Below, piece by piece: positions 59,330-64,000 of a stretch of DNA of 64,000 nt. This stretch comes from Bythopirellula sp. (GTDB taxonomy: Bacteria > Planctomycetota > Planctomycetia > Pirellulales > Lacipirellulaceae). How positions within the stretch are numbered: position 1 is the first letter of the stretch; every line of letters begins with the position of its first letter. The stretch covers positions 3,040,001 to 3,104,000 of the forward strand of contig OZ244170.1 of assembly GCA_965216565.1 (NCBI GenBank), in the 5' to 3' direction. Position numbers and translations under genes: made by a program. The notes below the pieces were generated by a model. The model was not told the DNA's origin. It searched no databases and saw nothing but the letters and a program-made list of their open reading frames with translations.

Positions 59330-59558
59330 AGCTTGTTCTCCTTAGATAAGCAGTTAATTGGGGTGAGAAACTAACGAGCTTTTCCGAAAGCCCATTTCCA
59401 TTTCTAACCTCCGTAAATTCCCGTTTGGCCCCATCTCGGCCTCAACATAGTTGCTGGTTCGCCAAGACTCGGAATTGTGAATTGAAAAAACTGACAGCGG
59501 CGAGGGGAGGTTCACCGCTGTCAGCGCCACTTTTCGGTCCCGCTCCGGGAAGCGTTCC

Positions 59559-60038
59559 CTACGAGTTTTTGCAGGCGTCGCGGAGGTCGCGCACTTCGTC
59601 GTGCGTAGCCTTCACGTCTGCGTATTGTCGCTGCAACACGGCGTTGGCAGCCGTGCCGGGCGTTTCCTTCAGTACCTCTTCGTAAGCCTCTTTGATGTGA
59701 TCCTCACCACGCTCGGCTTCCGCCAGCACGGCATGAACATCATCCGAGGTGAATGCCGTTTTCATCGAGGTATAAGCTTGATGTAGCTCAGCCAACCAAC
59801 TCGCCTCGCAATCGACGTCTTCGCCATTGCAATTGACGATATCCGCCAGTTCTTTGGCTTGCTTCGCCCGCTGGTCGGACCATTTGCGGAATTTTTCTGC
59901 CAAATCAGATCGCTTGATCTGCTCGGCCGCTTCTCGAAAGCCTTCCGCACTGTCGACATTGGCTTGATGAAGTTTCTGTAGCCCATCAATGGTTTCTTCC
60001 TTCAAATCGCACTTAGTTTCAGGGTTCTGAATGCTCAT
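59559..60038 (-). CDS. PA2169/DUF2383 four-helix-bundle (ferritin-like) protein
   Basis: D...GF..AAE, LH.A, L.EAERGED....AY, HD.VR.LRD. Confidence 0.85.
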   Translation of the reverse strand: MSIQNPETKCDLKEETIDGLQKLHQANVDSAEGFREAAEQIKRSDLAEKFRKWSDQRAKQAKELADIVNCNGEDVDCEASWLAELHQAYTSMKTAFTSDDVHAVLAEAERGEDHIKEAYEEVLKETPGTAANAVLQRQYADVKATHDEVRDLRDACKNS

Positions 60039-60105
60039 TTCATTCCTCCTTGGAGTAAGATCATTAAAAAATGTGGTTCAACACCGCGGCCTCGGCGTAC
60101 TCGTG

Positions 60106-60273
60106 TTAAGCGCCACGGCGAAGCTTGGGAACAACCAAGCCGATAATGAAAAGCACGATGAAGATCCAGAAACAAATCTGTGCAATCCCCGCTGATGCTC
60201 CAGCAATTCCACCAAAGCCCAAGACTCCAGCAATAATCGCGATCACCAAGAATGTGAGAGCCCAACTTAACAT
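60106..60273 (-). CDS. DUF1328 (YtjA-like) small membrane protein, 55 aa (missing from ORF track)
   Basis: Translated by hand: [55 protein letters not shown]. Confidence 0.9.
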   Translation of the reverse strand: MLSWALTFLVIAIIAGVLGFGGIAGASAGIAQICFWIFIVLFIIGLVVPKLRRGA

Positions 60274-60356
60274 GTGACACCTAACCTTTCGTCTAAACTA
60301 TCGATCCCTCAAGGGAATACGTAAGCGGTTTGAATCCGTTGACCAACAGATAGCTT

Positions 60357-60372
60357 TGCAAATGACATGCCG
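60357..60372 (-). promoter_or_regulatory. Candidate sigma-54 promoter
   Basis: Minus strand CGGCAT-GTCAT-TTGCA with GG-N10-GC spacing, about 85 nt upstream of DUF1328. Confidence 0.5.
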
Positions 60373-60705
60373 CTTGCAGGTTTGAGCGTTCAAGAACGAT
60401 TCGCACTAGAGACTTTCAGCCCGACTCAGTGTCGAGTTAGCAGTGGTTGGCGCTAGAAAAGAACGCGCGGAAAGAAAATCGCAGGCATGGGCTTTAAAAA
60501 ACGTCCATTGGGTAGGAAAATTATTTTCACAGACAAATTGCAGCCCTTTTCACGACAAGATGTCGTAGCCAACACTTATACTGAAACTCATTCAGTTTTC
60601 TTGTTTCTATGAGAAAATAGAACGTACTGACGGCTAATCCTGGTTGCCGAATCACCATGCTGGTGGGGTCGCGACCAATCACTAGCGCTTCCATCTATTT
60701 AACCT

Positions 60706-62031
60706 ATGCCAAAAGCTCTAGCTACATTTGCACTGTTTGTCGGGCTACTGTTTACTCAGTTTGCCTCGGCACAGTTGATCTCTATAGATGGCGTACCCCC
60801 GCACGGTTCTTCCGGCCAGATTACGGGGAATGTCTTTGGTGTCGATCCGGCAACGCACAGCGTGGCGGCCTATCTGAATATCGAAGGCTCAGGTTGGTGG
60901 ACCAAACCGAACTTCGGCATGCCCACTGTGCCCATCAATATCGATGGCACCTTCGAGGTAAACATCGGTTTCGATGGGCTCGACGAATACGCTTCCACTT
61001 ATGTGGTCTCCGTGGTGCCCAACGGCCACACTCCACCGCAGATGAATGGGAGTTCGTCGCTTGATCTGGGTGGCAGTTCCATAGTGTCTAACTACGAGCA
61101 GCGTTATGGCACCAACCTAAACTTTGCCGGCTACGATTGGGGGGTGAAAGAAGTTCCCGCTATGGTTGGTCCAGGTGGGAATTACTTTTCTGCCAGTTCA
61201 CAAGACGTGTGGGTTGACGGGGATGGTTTGCATCTCACGATCCAGAAACACGGCAACCTGTGGTTCAGTACCGAGGTGGTTCTACCCGAGGTACTCGGCT
61301 ACGGCACATACATGTTTCAAACCACCAGTCGGCAAGATCTTTTAGACGCCAATGCAACCTTCGGTGCCTTTACCTGGGATAATTTTGGTGACGATGGATC
61401 GAAGCCCAATTGGCCATTTCGCGAGATTGATTTTGAAGACTCGCGTTGGGGCAATCCCAGTTCGCCGACAAACTCGCAAGCTGTTGTGCAACCCTATTTC
61501 ACGTCGGGTGCCGTCCAAGCTTTCGCACTTCCCGATCTAAGCACCGATGCTGACCTCACTCGCTTCTTTCGTTGGTCTCCCGGCAAGGTGGAGTTTTTCA
61601 CCCTGCTCGGACATCATCAGCCCGACGACTTCCCCGAATCGGCGATCATCGATCATTCGGTTATCGAGGATAACCCAACTACAGGCTTGAAAGTTCCTGA
61701 ACCGGGTCGCGAGAACTTCCGCTTCAATCTATGGCTGAACAACAATTCGGGCACCCTGAGTGGCCAATCTGCAGAAGTAGTAATCAACGATTTCCAGTAC
61801 GCGCCTTACTGGGCCGGTGATTTCGATTTCAACGGCAAAGTCGACGGTCGTGATTTTCTAAAATGGCAACTCGATCCAAGCATCGGTTCGCTCAGCGATT
61901 GGGAGGCCGACTATGGCAGCGTCCCCAATCAAACGGCTTCCGCCACTACCGTGCCCGAACCAACATCGCTCGCGCTATTCGCCGCTTGCGGACTGGCCCT
62001 AGTCACCCTGCGACGCAAAACCTACGCGTGA
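60706..62031 (+). CDS. GH16-like glycoside hydrolase with dockerin-like and PEP-CTERM domains
   Basis: EIDFE (ExDxE) motif, LGYGTY; GDFDFNGKVDGRDFLKWQ; VPEPTS-TM-RRK. Confidence 0.78.
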   Translation: MPKALATFALFVGLLFTQFASAQLISIDGVPPHGSSGQITGNVFGVDPATHSVAAYLNIEGSGWWTKPNFGMPTVPINIDGTFEVNIGFDGLDEYASTYVVSVVPNGHTPPQMNGSSSLDLGGSSIVSNYEQRYGTNLNFAGYDWGVKEVPAMVGPGGNYFSASSQDVWVDGDGLHLTIQKHGNLWFSTEVVLPEVLGYGTYMFQTTSRQDLLDANATFGAFTWDNFGDDGSKPNWPFREIDFEDSRWGNPSSPTNSQAVVQPYFTSGAVQAFALPDLSTDADLTRFFRWSPGKVEFFTLLGHHQPDDFPESAIIDHSVIEDNPTTGLKVPEPGRENFRFNLWLNNNSGTLSGQSAEVVINDFQYAPYWAGDFDFNGKVDGRDFLKWQLDPSIGSLSDWEADYGSVPNQTASATTVPEPTSLALFAACGLALVTLRRKTYA

Positions 62032-62143
62032 GCCGATTGCGCGGTTAAACCGCAAACGCCACCCATCGCGGACGAGTAGAACCGTGTGTTTTGTGCTTAG
62101 CACGTTGAAAATTTACATTCTTCACAGGAGAATTCCCAGAGAC

Positions 62144-63439
62144 ATGGCCGCCACCCAATATGTCCGCCGCACAATTACTCTCGCAGTTCTTGCCAGTTGC
62201 CTCGGGATGCTTCCGCTCTTGTCCCATTCGGCTGGCTCGAAAGAGGCCGCTACCGAGACTGTCGTTACTGCTAAGGCGGAAGACATTCTCGGTGATCCCG
62301 ACTATTTAGCCTATTCTTACGGTGCCTATCGAGGGGAACATCGCGGCACCAGCGAGCCCACGCTGAACGAACTCAAAGAAGACCTCCGCATTTTGTCGGC
62401 AATGGGAGTCCGACTCATCCGCACCTACAGCACGCGCGCCAAACACACACCACGATTGCTCCAGGCAATTCGAGAACTAGGCCAGCAACCGCCTCGCGAG
62501 GGCAAACCTCCGTTTGAAATGCATGTGATGTTGGGTGCCTGGATAGAATGCCAAGGTGCCTGGTCAGATGCGCCCGATCATGAAAACCAAAGCGAAGACA
62601 ACGGGCCAGAAATTCAAACCGCGATCGAACTGGCCAACGAGTACCCGGAAAGCGTCAAGATCATTGCTGTCGGGAACGAATCCATGGTGCATTGGGCCGA
62701 GGGCTACTATGTGCGCCCCAAGATCATTCTAGAGTGGGTCGAGCATTTACAAGATCTCAAACAGACAGGCCAACTGTCTGAGGATATTTGGATCACCAGC
62801 TCCGAAAACTTTGCGGCCTGGGGCGGAATTGCAGAATACCAAACCGAAGATTTGCGAAAGCTAATCCGCGCGGTTGATTTCGTTTCCCTGCATACCTACC
62901 CCTATCACGACACACACTACAATCCCAGCTTTTGGAAGACGCCGGCAGACCTGAAAGACAAAACTCCGCTCGAAAAAATTGACGCTGCCATGGCCCGGGC
63001 GAAACAGCACGCCCAGAACGAATTTAAGAACACGTCCGACTACATCCACAGCGTCGCCCCCAACAAGCCCGTCCATATTGGCGAAACAGGCTGGTCTACT
63101 CGCGATACAGGAATCAGGGGACCCGAAGGTTCGCGCGCAGCGGACGAATACAAAGCGAAGATTTACCACGACGCAATCCGCAAGTGGACACGCGCAGCGA
63201 ACATCACCTGTTTTTACTTCGAAGCCTTTGACGAACCCTGGAAAGCCATCGCCACCCGCGACGAGTCGGAAAGCCATTTCGGCATGATCAATATCGAGGG
63301 ACAGGCAAAATTCGCGCTGTGGGACATGGTCGACGCGGGAGTGTTCCAGGGCCTCACACGTGGTGGTCTGCCAATTACGAAAACCTATGCTGGTGACAAA
63401 TCGCAGGTCCTAAGTGCCGCGATGGTTCTCCCGGAGTAA
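62144..63439 (+). CDS. Glycoside hydrolase family 17 protein
   Basis: IRTY, IIAVGNE, HTYPY, IGETGW, YFEAFDEPWK, E.HFG. Confidence 0.82.
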   Translation: MAATQYVRRTITLAVLASCLGMLPLLSHSAGSKEAATETVVTAKAEDILGDPDYLAYSYGAYRGEHRGTSEPTLNELKEDLRILSAMGVRLIRTYSTRAKHTPRLLQAIRELGQQPPREGKPPFEMHVMLGAWIECQGAWSDAPDHENQSEDNGPEIQTAIELANEYPESVKIIAVGNESMVHWAEGYYVRPKIILEWVEHLQDLKQTGQLSEDIWITSSENFAAWGGIAEYQTEDLRKLIRAVDFVSLHTYPYHDTHYNPSFWKTPADLKDKTPLEKIDAAMARAKQHAQNEFKNTSDYIHSVAPNKPVHIGETGWSTRDTGIRGPEGSRAADEYKAKIYHDAIRKWTRAANITCFYFEAFDEPWKAIATRDESESHFGMINIEGQAKFALWDMVDAGVFQGLTRGGLPITKTYAGDKSQVLSAAMVLPE

Positions 63440-63646
63440 TGAGCAGACTGTGGCCCACAGAATTCTGGCGGTGCACGTGCGCCAAACATTTCAATCCCCA
63501 GACGACATTTAGTCGCAGCGAGCGAGACGCGTTTGACCAGGGCCAGCGGACCGTTAGAATCTCCTCCATGGTGCTAGCTCGGGCGATCTTCGACTTGGTC
63601 GAAAACGTCCCCAATTGGAAAACATTCTACGGCAGAGGAGAATACG

Positions 63647-64000
63647 ATGGCGCTCACACTCAAGGGACGTTTTGATGGCAAGAAGATTTTGATCACCGGG
63701 GGCACCTCCGGCATTGGCAAAGCAACCGCCGAGCGGATCCTGGCCGAGGGCGGCAAAGTAATCATTACCGGCACCAATCAAGAGAAACTCGACTCGTTCC
63801 AGAAAGAACACGCCGATGCCCAAACCCTGGCCAACGATGCCGGGGATCCCCAAGCGGCTAAAGAGCTAGGCGAGTTTGTCAAAACGCAGTTTGGCCATGT
63901 CGATGCCATCTTTCTCAACGCCGGCTTTGGAAACTTCGTGCCGCACAACGAGGTCTCTGCGGAGGAATTCGACAAGCAATTTGCGGTCAACGTCCGCGGG
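63647..64000 (+). CDS. SDR family oxidoreductase (3' truncated by window)
   Basis: GAGGAG RBS; MALTLKGRFDGKKILITGGTSGIG...FLNAG. Confidence 0.85.
   Translation, partial: MALTLKGRFDGKKILITGGTSGIGKATAERILAEGGKVIITGTNQEKLDSFQKEHADAQTLANDAGDPQAAKELGEFVKTQFGHVDAIFLNAGFGNFVPHNEVSAEEFDKQFAVNVRG

Noticed and set aside
60035..60280. 81-aa ORF in the track
   Set aside because: Wrong frame; the overlapping 60106-60273 frame gives a clear DUF1328 protein.

Overview
Chromosomal window from a Planctomycete. The PEP-CTERM/dockerin-like proteins and planctomycete-type ECF sigma factor suggest Pirellulales, possibly Lacipirellulaceae; this is inference only. The backbone is housekeeping: cysS 3' end, ruvC/ruvA/ruvB, rpmF-fabD-fabG-acpP-fabF, nusA-infB-rbfA, yebC, mgtE, proS, yhaM-rnr, and gcvT-H-PA-PB with a lipoate ligase. 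Single accessory genes and many palindromic and tandem intergenic repeats are interleaved. Four observations stand out. (1) A six-gene minus-strand operon (6335-10708) couples a tetraether-synthase (Tes/GDGT-MAS)-like radical SAM enzyme with a divergent Lgt paralog and three small membrane proteins that share an internal lipobox-like A[FY]xxFxxxC motif. (2) A RAYT-like HUH transposase (35386-35868) is flanked by 57-bp double-hairpin repeats whose covarying relatives occur across the window. (3) Two accessory genes are each followed by a duplicated 3' end of the upstream gene next to a REP-like hairpin. (4) A FabF paralog has Glu in place of the catalytic Cys. No tRNA, rRNA or CRISPR array was recognised. 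All annotations come from motifs read by eye; no database searches were run.
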